A DNA stretch of 64,000 nt. Origin: an uncultured delta proteobacterium. GTDB lineage: Bacteria; Myxococcota_A; Polyangia; Polyangiales; Polyangiaceae. The stretch's first letter is position 1, and every line of letters begins with the position of its first letter. The stretch is taken from assembly GCA_963841435.1 (NCBI GenBank), contig CAWJCS010000004.1, positions 128,001-192,000 of the forward strand, read 5' to 3'. Shown one piece after another: positions 10,157 to 18,330 of the stretch. Both the position numbers and the translations under genes were made by a program. The notes beneath the pieces are model-generated. The model was not told where the DNA came from. It saw only the letters and a program-made list of their open reading frames with translations, and made no database searches.

Positions 10157-12019
10157 TCAGGCGCGGGTTCTGCGGCGGCGCGCCATGCCGAACGAGCCGA
10201 GCGCGAGCGCCAGCATGCCGACCAGATCCATCAGGCGGGAAGGTGACGAGCCTGCCGCGCGGCAACCGCAGCCAGCCGGGTCGTCCGCCGTCCCCAGCGT
10301 CGGGTCCGCACCCGTCACGTCGCTTCCTCCGACCGACGATCCCGCGCTGCCGCTCGCGCCGCCCGTGCCGATCGTCGAGCTTCCCCCGCCGCCGAACGCA
10401 TTGCCGCCCGAAGCGCCGGTGCCCGCCTGGGGAACGGTGCCTCCACCACCTGCAACGCCGCCTGTACCCGAAGCGGTTCCTCCGGAGCTCGTGCCCGCGC
10501 CGCCCGCGCTCTGTCCGGCGCCGCCCGCGGTGCCGCCTGCGCCTCCGCTGTCGGAGCCCGCGCCGCTCGCTCCGCTCGCGCCCGCGCCGCCACTGCCCGC
10601 AGCGCCGCCCGTGGAAGCGCCGCCCGTGGAAGCGCCGCCCATGCTGCCCGCAGCGCCTCCGTCGCTTGCTCCACCCGCGCCGTTGCCGCCGCTTCCGGCG
10701 CCGCCTGCACCGGCCATGGCGCCAAACTCGTAGGCACCGAGGTCCGGCGCCGAGCCGACGTAGGGAAGTGCAACGTCGGTGCCCTTGTCGATGAGTGGGC
10801 TACCGGACTTCAGCTTGAGAAAATCGATCGCCGGCATGCTGCCGTCGGCCTGTCGTGGCCCCGTGAAGCCGGTGTCGGAGGTGCTCGCGAAGTCGCCCGA
10901 GGCCTCGGAGATGCCGAGGTCCCACGTGTTGTGGTCCGTGTCGACCCCGTTCATGTTCGAGTTCTTGTTCGGGAAGCCGACGTTGTTTCTCATCCGGTGG
11001 ACGAGCGACCCCGATAGGGTGATGGTCGTGTTCGGGTCACCGGCGGGGCTTGCGAGCATGTTGTACTGCACGCCGTTGTTGTACGACGTGTTGTTGAACC
11101 AGTTGTTGCCGCCCGAGGAGTGGTTCGCGTAGAAGCCCGCCGCCTTGTTCTTCCACGCGACGTTGCGCTGCACGACGTGCCTCACGCCGGTGTCGCTGCT
11201 GCCCATCTTGAAGCCGTTGCCGTTGCCGTCGGGGGGACTCGTGGAACCGCCGTTGGCGTAGCCGTTCTGAATGGCCCAGCTGTCTTCGACGGTGACGGGA
11301 TATTCTTGTTGGATCAGGTCGTAGCCATCGTCGGAGTTGAGCCAGGCCCGGCAACCGCGAATGACGGTGCTGCTCCCGCTCATCTGGTAGTGCACGCCGA
11401 ACCCGTCGGCGTTCTGCCCGTCGCCCTGGCTGCCGTTCTTGTCGTAGTTGTCGTGCGAATCACAGTTCAAGATCAGGTTGCCGCCGTTGCCCTTGGAGAT
11501 GAAGAGCCCCGACCCGAACCCGTGGTGGAGGTTCAAGAGCTCGAAGACGTTGTTGCTCGCGCCTTCACTGCGCACGAGCGTGTACGAGTGGGCTCCGCTC
11601 GCGCCCAGTTTCGCGTTCGAGACCTCGAAGCCCCTCAAGTGCAGAAAATTCCCGGTCACGAGGATCACCGGCACGTCCGCAGCGGTGTTCGAGGTGGCGT
11701 ACTGGGAGCAATCGAATATGGGCAGCTCCGACTGATAGGCGAAATACTTGATGCGGTTCGTGTCCGACTGCCCGCTCTTCGAAAGCTTGACCTGCGTCTT
11801 CAGGGAGTACGTGCCACCGCGGATCCACACGGTGTCGCCTGCTGCGGCGACGTCGTTGCCCTTCTGCAGCGACGCGAACGGTTGATCGACCGTGCCCGGA
11901 TTGGAGTCGCTACCGGTCGGGGCGAGGTAGTAGTCCGCGGCGATCGCGAGTCGGGAGACGAAGCAGGGGAGCAGGCAGGCGGACGCCCCTGCCAACACGT
12001 TCATTGTCTTGTGTCTCAT
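10157..12019 (-). CDS. Polysaccharide lyase family 9 (pectate/rhamnogalacturonan lyase) with MYXO-CTERM
   Basis: YYLAPTGSDSNPGT, NADGFG, NSDDGYD, GNGNGFKMG (PL9 Ca-binding Asp residues and catalytic Lys). Gly linker, then GCGCR-TM-RRRR tail. Confidence 0.85.
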   Translation of the reverse strand: MRHKTMNVLAGASACLLPCFVSRLAIAADYYLAPTGSDSNPGTVDQPFASLQKGNDVAAAGDTVWIRGGTYSLKTQVKLSKSGQSDTNRIKYFAYQSELPIFDCSQYATSNTAADVPVILVTGNFLHLRGFEVSNAKLGASGAHSYTLVRSEGASNNVFELLNLHHGFGSGLFISKGNGGNLILNCDSHDNYDKNGSQGDGQNADGFGVHYQMSGSSTVIRGCRAWLNSDDGYDLIQQEYPVTVEDSWAIQNGYANGGSTSPPDGNGNGFKMGSSDTGVRHVVQRNVAWKNKAAGFYANHSSGGNNWFNNTSYNNGVQYNMLASPAGDPNTTITLSGSLVHRMRNNVGFPNKNSNMNGVDTDHNTWDLGISEASGDFASTSDTGFTGPRQADGSMPAIDFLKLKSGSPLIDKGTDVALPYVGSAPDLGAYEFGAMAGAGGAGSGGNGAGGASDGGAAGSMGGASTGGASTGGAAGSGGAGASGASGAGSDSGGAGGTAGGAGQSAGGAGTSSGGTASGTGGVAGGGGTVPQAGTGASGGNAFGGGGSSTIGTGGASGSAGSSVGGSDVTGADPTLGTADDPAGCGCRAAGSSPSRLMDLVGMLALALGSFGMARRRRTRA

Positions 12020-12177
12020 TCACGACCTTTTTGCCGGGGACCGCAGAATTGATAGTTTACCTCTCCCGAGCCCCGAGGCTTCGTCCGAACGCAGGCCGCG
12101 CGGCGCATGCGCGGCAGTCAGCGTGAACAAGTGCAGGGTCACTCGAATGCCGGGGTGACGCGTGCACGCAGGCGGGG

Positions 12178-13509
12178 TCACTTGACGATGATGGTGCTTT
12201 CGCAAGTGAAGAGGACGTCGACGTGGGCGCTGTCGTCGGCCTGAACGACAGCGCACGCTTCGGGACAGAGGAAGATGCGATCGTTCTCGATGTAGAACGC
12301 GTCGGCCTGGCAATCGGAAGGCGTCGCCGCCTGCAGGAACTTCTGCTCGCCGGAGCCGCTGCCCGGCAGGTAATTGACCGCGACCTTGTCGAGCTCGAGC
12401 GTCTTGCCGGCGGGGACGGGCGGGATGTCGAAGTCGCAGGCGAGCGTCGTGCGCGTCACGACGTCGTTGGCGATGGTGCTGAAGACGACGTCGTAGGCAT
12501 CGAAGCGGCAGATGGGAAAACGGAGCCCCCCGGTGAGGATGCTGACCTCCTGATACGTGGCGCCCGCTGACGTCACATCGGGGCAGCGCATGTCGTTCAC
12601 CGGCTCGTCGGGCAGGTACGGGTCGGTGCCGTTCGGCTTTTCGGCGAGACCGACGATGCTGTGGAACACGAGTTCAGGGTGAGCGGGGTCGGTGCCGAAG
12701 TGCTCGGGGGCCATGCTGGTGAGCGCCGCCAAGAAGGCGCTCGCCGTCATGTCTTCGTTGTCGTCCGACATCTCCAAGAACACCTTCTTGGCGCCCGGGC
12801 GCAGCCACTCCGACCAGCCGAGCGGCGCCTGATCCGCGCGGTCCGCGTAGTCCGAAGGGATCGGCTGCTCGTACGTACCGAGGATGATGTCGAATGAGTC
12901 GTCGCTCTCGATCTTCGTGAAGTAGTGATAGAAACGCTCGGAGAACACGGGCGCGGGCGCGGGGCAGGCGGCAAGCCCACTGAGCGGCGCTTCCACACAG
13001 ATGGACGTGCTCGCCTCGGCGTTGGCGTCTCGCGCAGCCTTCCTGTGACGCGAGATGAGAATGACCCGGTAGTCAACCTCTGCGTCGTCCAGGATCTGGG
13101 CGAAGTTCACGTTGATGTTGCGCTCGACCGCGTCGAGCTCGTCGTCCATGCTGCCGGAATTGTCGAGCGCGACGATGATGTCGATCGGCTCGGTGACGAG
13201 GGTCGCTTGCGATTCAGCCTGAGCGCAGGTTTCGCCCTGGCCGGACGTGCCGCCCTGGCCGGACGTGCCGCCCTGGCCGGGCTCGATGTTCCCGCCGGTG
13301 CCGCCCGCGGCGATGGTACCGCCCGTTGCGCCGACGCCGCCGCTCCCACCCGTTCCGGGATCCACGGCCCCGCCCGTGCCGGGCTCAGCGCCAGACCCGG
13401 TGTTTGCGCCTGGGCCGGGGTCGATGGAAGTGCCCCCGCCCGCGCTGCAGGCGGCGAACGCCGCGACGAGCCAGAGGGGGCTCGAAAGAGAGACGAAAGA
13501 TCGACGCAT
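12178..13509 (-). CDS. vWA-domain lipoprotein
   Basis: Lipobox FAAC, Gly spacer, MIDAS motif DIIVALDNSGSM, SDDNED, Cys-containing C-terminal domain. Confidence 0.75.
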   Translation of the reverse strand: MRRSFVSLSSPLWLVAAFAACSAGGGTSIDPGPGANTGSGAEPGTGGAVDPGTGGSGGVGATGGTIAAGGTGGNIEPGQGGTSGQGGTSGQGETCAQAESQATLVTEPIDIIVALDNSGSMDDELDAVERNINVNFAQILDDAEVDYRVILISRHRKAARDANAEASTSICVEAPLSGLAACPAPAPVFSERFYHYFTKIESDDSFDIILGTYEQPIPSDYADRADQAPLGWSEWLRPGAKKVFLEMSDDNEDMTASAFLAALTSMAPEHFGTDPAHPELVFHSIVGLAEKPNGTDPYLPDEPVNDMRCPDVTSAGATYQEVSILTGGLRFPICRFDAYDVVFSTIANDVVTRTTLACDFDIPPVPAGKTLELDKVAVNYLPGSGSGEQKFLQAATPSDCQADAFYIENDRIFLCPEACAVVQADDSAHVDVLFTCESTIIVK

Positions 13510-13632
13510 CGGAGTGTATGCGCGAAGCAGGGCCGATCGATCGAGCTTCGCGCTTTTTCCCGGGAGCGGAATCGGCTGCGCCCACATTCGTGATGCGGCG
13601 CCCGTGGCGTGGCACCCCAAGGGAGCGTCGGC

Positions 13633-14643
13633 TCAAGGGAGCGTCGCGGAGTCCATCAAGAGCTGCCAGAAGCGGCCGGTTGCCGCCTCGCCGTTCGATT
13701 CGGTGACGACCCAGACGTTCCCGCCCGCGTCGGGGACCAGGAGCGGCTCGGTGCCGTCCCAGCCTGAAAACGAAAACCGCATCACGCCGACCGTGAAGGA
13801 CGGAATGCCGACGGCGAGCACGCCGATCTGGTCCGAAGCGAGCGGGGTGCCAAAAATATCGGGCTGCTTCGCGCGCATCCAGGCGCCGAGCGGATTGTCG
13901 GGAAGCGCGCCGAGCCGATCATCGGGCACGTCGGTGAGCTGGTCGTAGTAGGCGCTCACCTGCACGTAGCGGAGCCGCTCGGCGACAATCGCGTCGGCCC
14001 AAGGGTCCATCTCGCCATTGGGGATGCCCATGTGTGCCACCGGCTCGGCACCGAGCGACACCGTGCCCAGCGAGGCGACGACGACGATGCGCTCGGCCAC
14101 GGTGGGATCGATGAGGTAGGCGTCCGCGACGTCGGTGAGGCGCCCGCCCGTCACGACGACCGTCGGCCGGTCCGGTTGGCTCAGCCGCGAGGAGGTTTCG
14201 ACGATGAAGCGCGCGCCCTCGGAGTCATTCGGCGTCGTCGATTCGACGGTATCATCGTCAGGCCGCACGAGCGAGTCACCGACGCTTCGGATCGGATCCG
14301 GCAGCCCCGTGAGGCCGCTCGCGCGCGCGCTCGCCACGAGCTCTTGCCACCCGCTGAAATTCGCTTCGAGATCGTACCACATGCCGCCCGTGCTCACGAC
14401 GAGCCCCGTGAGCTCGGGAGCGCGCTTTTGAGCCAGGAGCACCGCGTACTCGCCCTGCCAGTTGTCGTACGCGCCGTCGTTGCAGAGGATGATCGGGTTC
14501 TCTGCACCGACCGGCAATAGCGCCTGCGTGCGGTCGGAGCCCGCGTCCAGCGTTCCGGAGCACGCAGTGACGCCGGAGCCCAGCGTGCACGACACGATCA
14601 GGCGAGCAATGGCGGACGCCGACGCGGCACTTCGCGGGCTCAC
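13633..14643 (-). CDS. Nucleoside-hydrolase-fold lipoprotein, copy 1
   Basis: GTG start overlaps the upstream TGA (GTGA). Lipobox VTAC. NDGAYDN, VVVTGGRLTDVADAYLIDP, NGEMDPWA resemble IU-nucleoside hydrolase segments. Confidence 0.6.
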   Translation of the reverse strand: MSPRSAASASAIARLIVSCTLGSGVTACSGTLDAGSDRTQALLPVGAENPIILCNDGAYDNWQGEYAVLLAQKRAPELTGLVVSTGGMWYDLEANFSGWQELVASARASGLTGLPDPIRSVGDSLVRPDDDTVESTTPNDSEGARFIVETSSRLSQPDRPTVVVTGGRLTDVADAYLIDPTVAERIVVVASLGTVSLGAEPVAHMGIPNGEMDPWADAIVAERLRYVQVSAYYDQLTDVPDDRLGALPDNPLGAWMRAKQPDIFGTPLASDQIGVLAVGIPSFTVGVMRFSFSGWDGTEPLLVPDAGGNVWVVTESNGEAATGRFWQLLMDSATLP

Positions 14644-15347
14644 GGAGCTTGCCGGATTGCTTGCTCGATACGGGGCAAGAGCACGCTGCGCGGGAACTGC
14701 GCGCGAAAGCGCTCCGCCGCCCGGCGAGCCTCGGCGGTTCGCCCGAGACCCGAAAGCGCGGTGACCCGCAGCGCTTCTCGCTCTTCCCGCAGGCGTCCCG
14801 TGGGGAAGCGCCGTTGATGCTCCGCGATCGCGCCGAGGGCAGCTGTGTGGTTGCCGTCGGCCACCGCCGCTCGCGCCTTCTGCAAAAGAGCGAGCTCGGC
14901 CCCGTAGGCGTCGCTCGAGGACGCTGGGCGCGGCGCAGCGGTCGCCTCGGCCTTCGGCACGACCTCGGGCCCTCGGTTGCTCGCTGCCGGGATGGGTACA
15001 CCGGTCGCGGGCGGAACCGGCGGTGCCGTATGGGTCGTCGCGTGCGGCTCGCTCAGGACAGTCGCCGAGGGTGCTCCCACCGGCGACTCGTCTCCCTGCG
15101 GACGGGACCGCTGCCAGGTCGCGTAGGCCGCGACCGCAAAAGCCGTCGTCGCGCCAATCGCGACGAGCTGAGGCATCCTTCGCCTCCAAAATCCCAGCGG
15201 CGGGGTCGCTGCGGCGTCGCGCAGCGCCGTGCGCGCGCGGGCCAGCGCCCGAAGACGCAACGCTTCGGATTCAGGAGGGATGCCCCGCTCCGCCGCTAGC
15301 AGGCGCTCGGTCTCGTCGGACAACGGCTCGATAGTGCTCGCCCTCAT
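14640..15347 (-). CDS. Putative anti-sigma factor (single TM, Pro-rich linker, C-terminal TPR-like domain), copy 1
   Basis: ATGA-coupled to the sigma gene. C-terminus ELALLQKAR..HQRRFPTGRLREEREALR..FPRSVLLPR. Confidence 0.75.
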   Translation of the reverse strand: MRASTIEPLSDETERLLAAERGIPPESEALRLRALARARTALRDAAATPPLGFWRRRMPQLVAIGATTAFAVAAYATWQRSRPQGDESPVGAPSATVLSEPHATTHTAPPVPPATGVPIPAASNRGPEVVPKAEATAAPRPASSSDAYGAELALLQKARAAVADGNHTAALGAIAEHQRRFPTGRLREEREALRVTALSGLGRTAEARRAAERFRAQFPRSVLLPRIEQAIRQAP

Positions 15348-15895
15348 CGCTCCACTCCCTTCTGCAGCGCCCGAACGGCGCCCTCGAACTCTCGCCGCGC
15401 CTTGCGCAGGCGCGAGTACCCGGTAAAGAGGGGCAGCGACAAGGCCTTTGCAATCTCGCGCATCGGGACTCCATCGATATCGTGCATCACGAAGACCGCA
15501 CGACGGGTGAGCGGCACGCGATCCAGGGCTTTGAGCACGAGAGCACGGGAGCGAGCTCTGTCGAGCGCCGCCTCGGGCCCGGGTGCCGGGCTTTCGAGGT
15601 CGTCGAGCGACCCCGGAATCTCACGCCGCGCACGTCGCCTTCGTGCTGCGACGACCCGGAAAGCGATGCCGAAAAGGTACGGGCGAAGCGGTCGGGACGC
15701 GTCGTATTCGACCCACTTGCGATGGAGCACCAGGAACACCTCCTGCACCTCGTCCTCAACGTCCTCCGGACGCACGCCGAGTCGCCGCAGAGTTCGGCAC
15801 AAGTAATCGAATTCCTTCTGGAAAGCATCGAAACAGGAACCTCGCTCAATCACGCTTGCCGCCGGAGCCGAAAAGACAAGCTGCGCCAAACCCAT
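15344..15895 (-). CDS. ECF sigma-70 factor, copy 1
   Basis: Region 2 LRRLGV..DVEDEVQEVFLV..RPYLFGIA; region 4 RRAVFVMHDIDG..EIA..YSRLRKAR. Confidence 0.9.
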   Translation of the reverse strand: MGLAQLVFSAPAASVIERGSCFDAFQKEFDYLCRTLRRLGVRPEDVEDEVQEVFLVLHRKWVEYDASRPLRPYLFGIAFRVVAARRRRARREIPGSLDDLESPAPGPEAALDRARSRALVLKALDRVPLTRRAVFVMHDIDGVPMREIAKALSLPLFTGYSRLRKARREFEGAVRALQKGVER

Positions 15896-15930
15896 TCTCT
15901 CATGAGATTGCTGCCCGGCCCGGCGAATTG

Positions 15931-16932
15931 TCACTGGAAAAGTGCGGCAAGGTCGCCCCCAAGGCCGAGACTCACGGGGGGCATCCTCCACACGGCTTTG
16001 CCGTTCAAGGTCACGTCCCAGGAAACGAGTGGCGCGAGCGCTTCGATGCGGAGCAGAAGAAGCCCGTGAGACCCAAAGCGCTGGTGGACCGACAGGCGCA
16101 ACCCGACCTGCTCGACGAGCCCCGAGGGCGAGCGCGGCATGTCAACCCCGAAGCCTCGCACGCGCAGGACGCCGAGCTTGTTCACGACGCAGCCCGACCA
16201 CGGCTCGATGAACCCGCAGGCGGCAAACGTGCTTGCGAGGAGGCTTTGCTCGAAGCCTTGGTCGCTGGCGGTCGCGTGACGGGCCCACAGGCTCGCTTCC
16301 GCTCCGAGCTCGAGACCGAGCTCACCTCGTCCCACGCCAGCGAAGAGCCGTCCCTCGGGAACCGCACGGGGCGCCAGGCCGAAACCCACGCTGGGGCCAA
16401 GGCCGACAAGGAAGCGCCAGTTCGAATGCCTCGGAGGGCCGGGGTCGACAGGGCCATCGGCGACTCGACGCGCAGGATCGGGTCGCGTCGTCGTCGTCGC
16501 CTCTGCGGATTTCGCGTCGGCACGGGCGGGTGACGAGGGCCGTGCGGCGTCGGCGGCGGGAGTCTCCAGACTCAAGAGCTGGATCTGGACCGCGAGCGTG
16601 AAGCCCATCGCTTTGACGAAGGCAGCGCAGTCCGGGTCATCGGACGCAAGGTCTCGTTCGCCGCGTGAATTTCCCTGGTCATCGTACCAGCGCACGAAGC
16701 CCCGGATCCCGCGCTCCGCGGCTTCGGCCCGCGCCACGATCACCTGCGGTGAGTCGGCTCGGAACGGGTCGTAGCCGAGCTGCCTTTCGACCATGCCTCG
16801 GAACGTCTCCTCGTTCGGGCAGGCGCCCAAGCCAGCGTCGGTCTGGTATCGCAGGTCGACGAACAGCCTGGACTCCGCGTGGGCCACCCTCGAGCCGAGG
16901 GCCACGATGAGCATCGGCAACACCCGCGCCAT
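15931..16932 (-). CDS. Secreted/outer-membrane protein associated with ECF cassette, copy 1
   Basis: Signal peptide (VAHA), N-domain CP..F...V..RLGYDPF..C..MGFTLAVQI, Pro-rich linker, amphipathic beta strands ending AALFQ. Confidence 0.65.
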   Translation of the reverse strand: MARVLPMLIVALGSRVAHAESRLFVDLRYQTDAGLGACPNEETFRGMVERQLGYDPFRADSPQVIVARAEAAERGIRGFVRWYDDQGNSRGERDLASDDPDCAAFVKAMGFTLAVQIQLLSLETPAADAARPSSPARADAKSAEATTTTRPDPARRVADGPVDPGPPRHSNWRFLVGLGPSVGFGLAPRAVPEGRLFAGVGRGELGLELGAEASLWARHATASDQGFEQSLLASTFAACGFIEPWSGCVVNKLGVLRVRGFGVDMPRSPSGLVEQVGLRLSVHQRFGSHGLLLLRIEALAPLVSWDVTLNGKAVWRMPPVSLGLGGDLAALFQ

Positions 16933-17053
16933 GGGTGTGCCAAACCGCGAGATCGCGGGTCTTCGAGTCAGCGCGTCGGCCTGGGGTTCGGCTACCATCG
17001 CCCGAGGCCTGCAGGCTACACCATGGCGCTCCGCGAGCGCCGTCGCCCACAAA

Positions 17054-18199
17054 TCAGGGACGCCGAATGACGCTGGTCACGTCGAACTGGAAGAAGTCAC
17101 CGACGTACGGGGAGGACGGCAGCATCACCCCGGCAAGCACCGTGTTGTGGTTGTAACACTGATGCTCGTCCGAGCCGATGATGTAAAAGTCGAGCGTCGC
17201 CTGTCCTCCGATGGGGATCGTCACGCTGTAGTCGTAGGGGTAGACGGCGTGTGGGGGGCGGTCGCTGTCCTTTTCCGCCGTGTAGTTCAGGAAGTAGTGC
17301 TCCTTCGGAGCCGACACGGTCATGGCCACCACGTTGAAGCCGTTGAAGCAGTCGTCGGTCGGGGTGATCTCCGGCGGCAAAGGGAAGGGGAGCTGGTTCG
17401 TCTTGTTCTTGCAGGCGGAGGTGAACCCGCCCACGGTGGGCACGCCCGCCGTGTAGAAGGCGTTGCTCGAAGCATCGAGCGTGCCGCCCGCATACCAATA
17501 CCCTTCGAAGACGCCGCGTACGCGCAGCGTCACGTCGTAGATGGCGCCCGCGTCGCCGCCGAACGTGAGCATCACGTGCTGATTCTTCACGTCGTTCAGC
17601 TGGGGGCAGACGGCGCTCGGGCTCTGTTCCACCGTGTATGCGGTGAGGTCGCACGGGTCCAGCAGCTGGAATCCATCGAGGACCGCTGCCGCGGCCGTCT
17701 CGTCAACCATGCCGCCCTGCCCGGCGCTCCCCGCCGTGCCAGCGACGCCGGCGCCTGAGCCCCCCGCACCGGCAAGCGTGCCACCCGCGCCTGCTCCGCC
17801 GAGTCCGCCTGCTCCGCCGAGTCCGCCAACGCCGCCGGGTCCGCCAACGCCGCCGAGTCCGCCAACGCCGCCGAGTCCGCCAACGCCGCCGAGTCCCCCT
17901 CCGAGACCACCACCCCCGACGGTCCCTCCGTCGCCTGCGAGCGGCGCCGCCCCGCTGCCGCCATTGCCGGCTCCTTGACCGCCCGGGCCCACGCCTCCGC
18001 CAGCGTTCGCACCGGCCGCCTGGGAACCGCTGGACCCGCCGGCACCGCCGAGGCTCGACCCGCCGGATCCAGCGACAGCATCACCCGCCGTCGCGGCGGC
18101 GCCACCAGGGCTTTCCGAGCCCGTGCTGGACGTGCACCCCGCGAGCGCGCCCACCACGAGGCACGGAACGCCGCATGCGGCGCGGTATCGGTTCAGCAT
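17054..18199 (-). CDS. Hypothetical lipoprotein with Gly-rich tether and ~215-aa Cys-containing globular domain
   Basis: Lipobox LAGC; GC3-biased codons; family not recognised. Confidence 0.65.
   Translation of the reverse strand: MLNRYRAACGVPCLVVGALAGCTSSTGSESPGGAAATAGDAVAGSGGSSLGGAGGSSGSQAAGANAGGGVGPGGQGAGNGGSGAAPLAGDGGTVGGGGLGGGLGGVGGLGGVGGLGGVGGPGGVGGLGGAGGLGGAGAGGTLAGAGGSGAGVAGTAGSAGQGGMVDETAAAAVLDGFQLLDPCDLTAYTVEQSPSAVCPQLNDVKNQHVMLTFGGDAGAIYDVTLRVRGVFEGYWYAGGTLDASSNAFYTAGVPTVGGFTSACKNKTNQLPFPLPPEITPTDDCFNGFNVVAMTVSAPKEHYFLNYTAEKDSDRPPHAVYPYDYSVTIPIGGQATLDFYIIGSDEHQCYNHNTVLAGVMLPSSPYVGDFFQFDVTSVIRRP
17796..17897. repeat. Coding tandem repeat, 18-bp unit, ~6 copies (GGLGG[VA])
   Basis: ccgccgagtccgccaacg-type units at 17796, 17814, 17832, 17850, 17868, 17886. 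Confidence 0.85.
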
Positions 18200-18330
18200 C
18201 GGATTTCGCGCCCAGTTGGCTGTGCGGTTCGAGCGCCCACGCATTGGAGTCCGCTCGCTGCTCCTACCACCCCCGGCGGCCGCCAAACGGTTCACGTTTT
18301 TGCGAGTGGCTGGCGAAAGGGGCCGATTGC

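Noticed and set aside
2306-17897. 36-bp and 18-bp tandem repeats as a possible CRISPR array
   Set aside because: They are contiguous in-frame coding repeats without unique spacers, and no cas genes are present.
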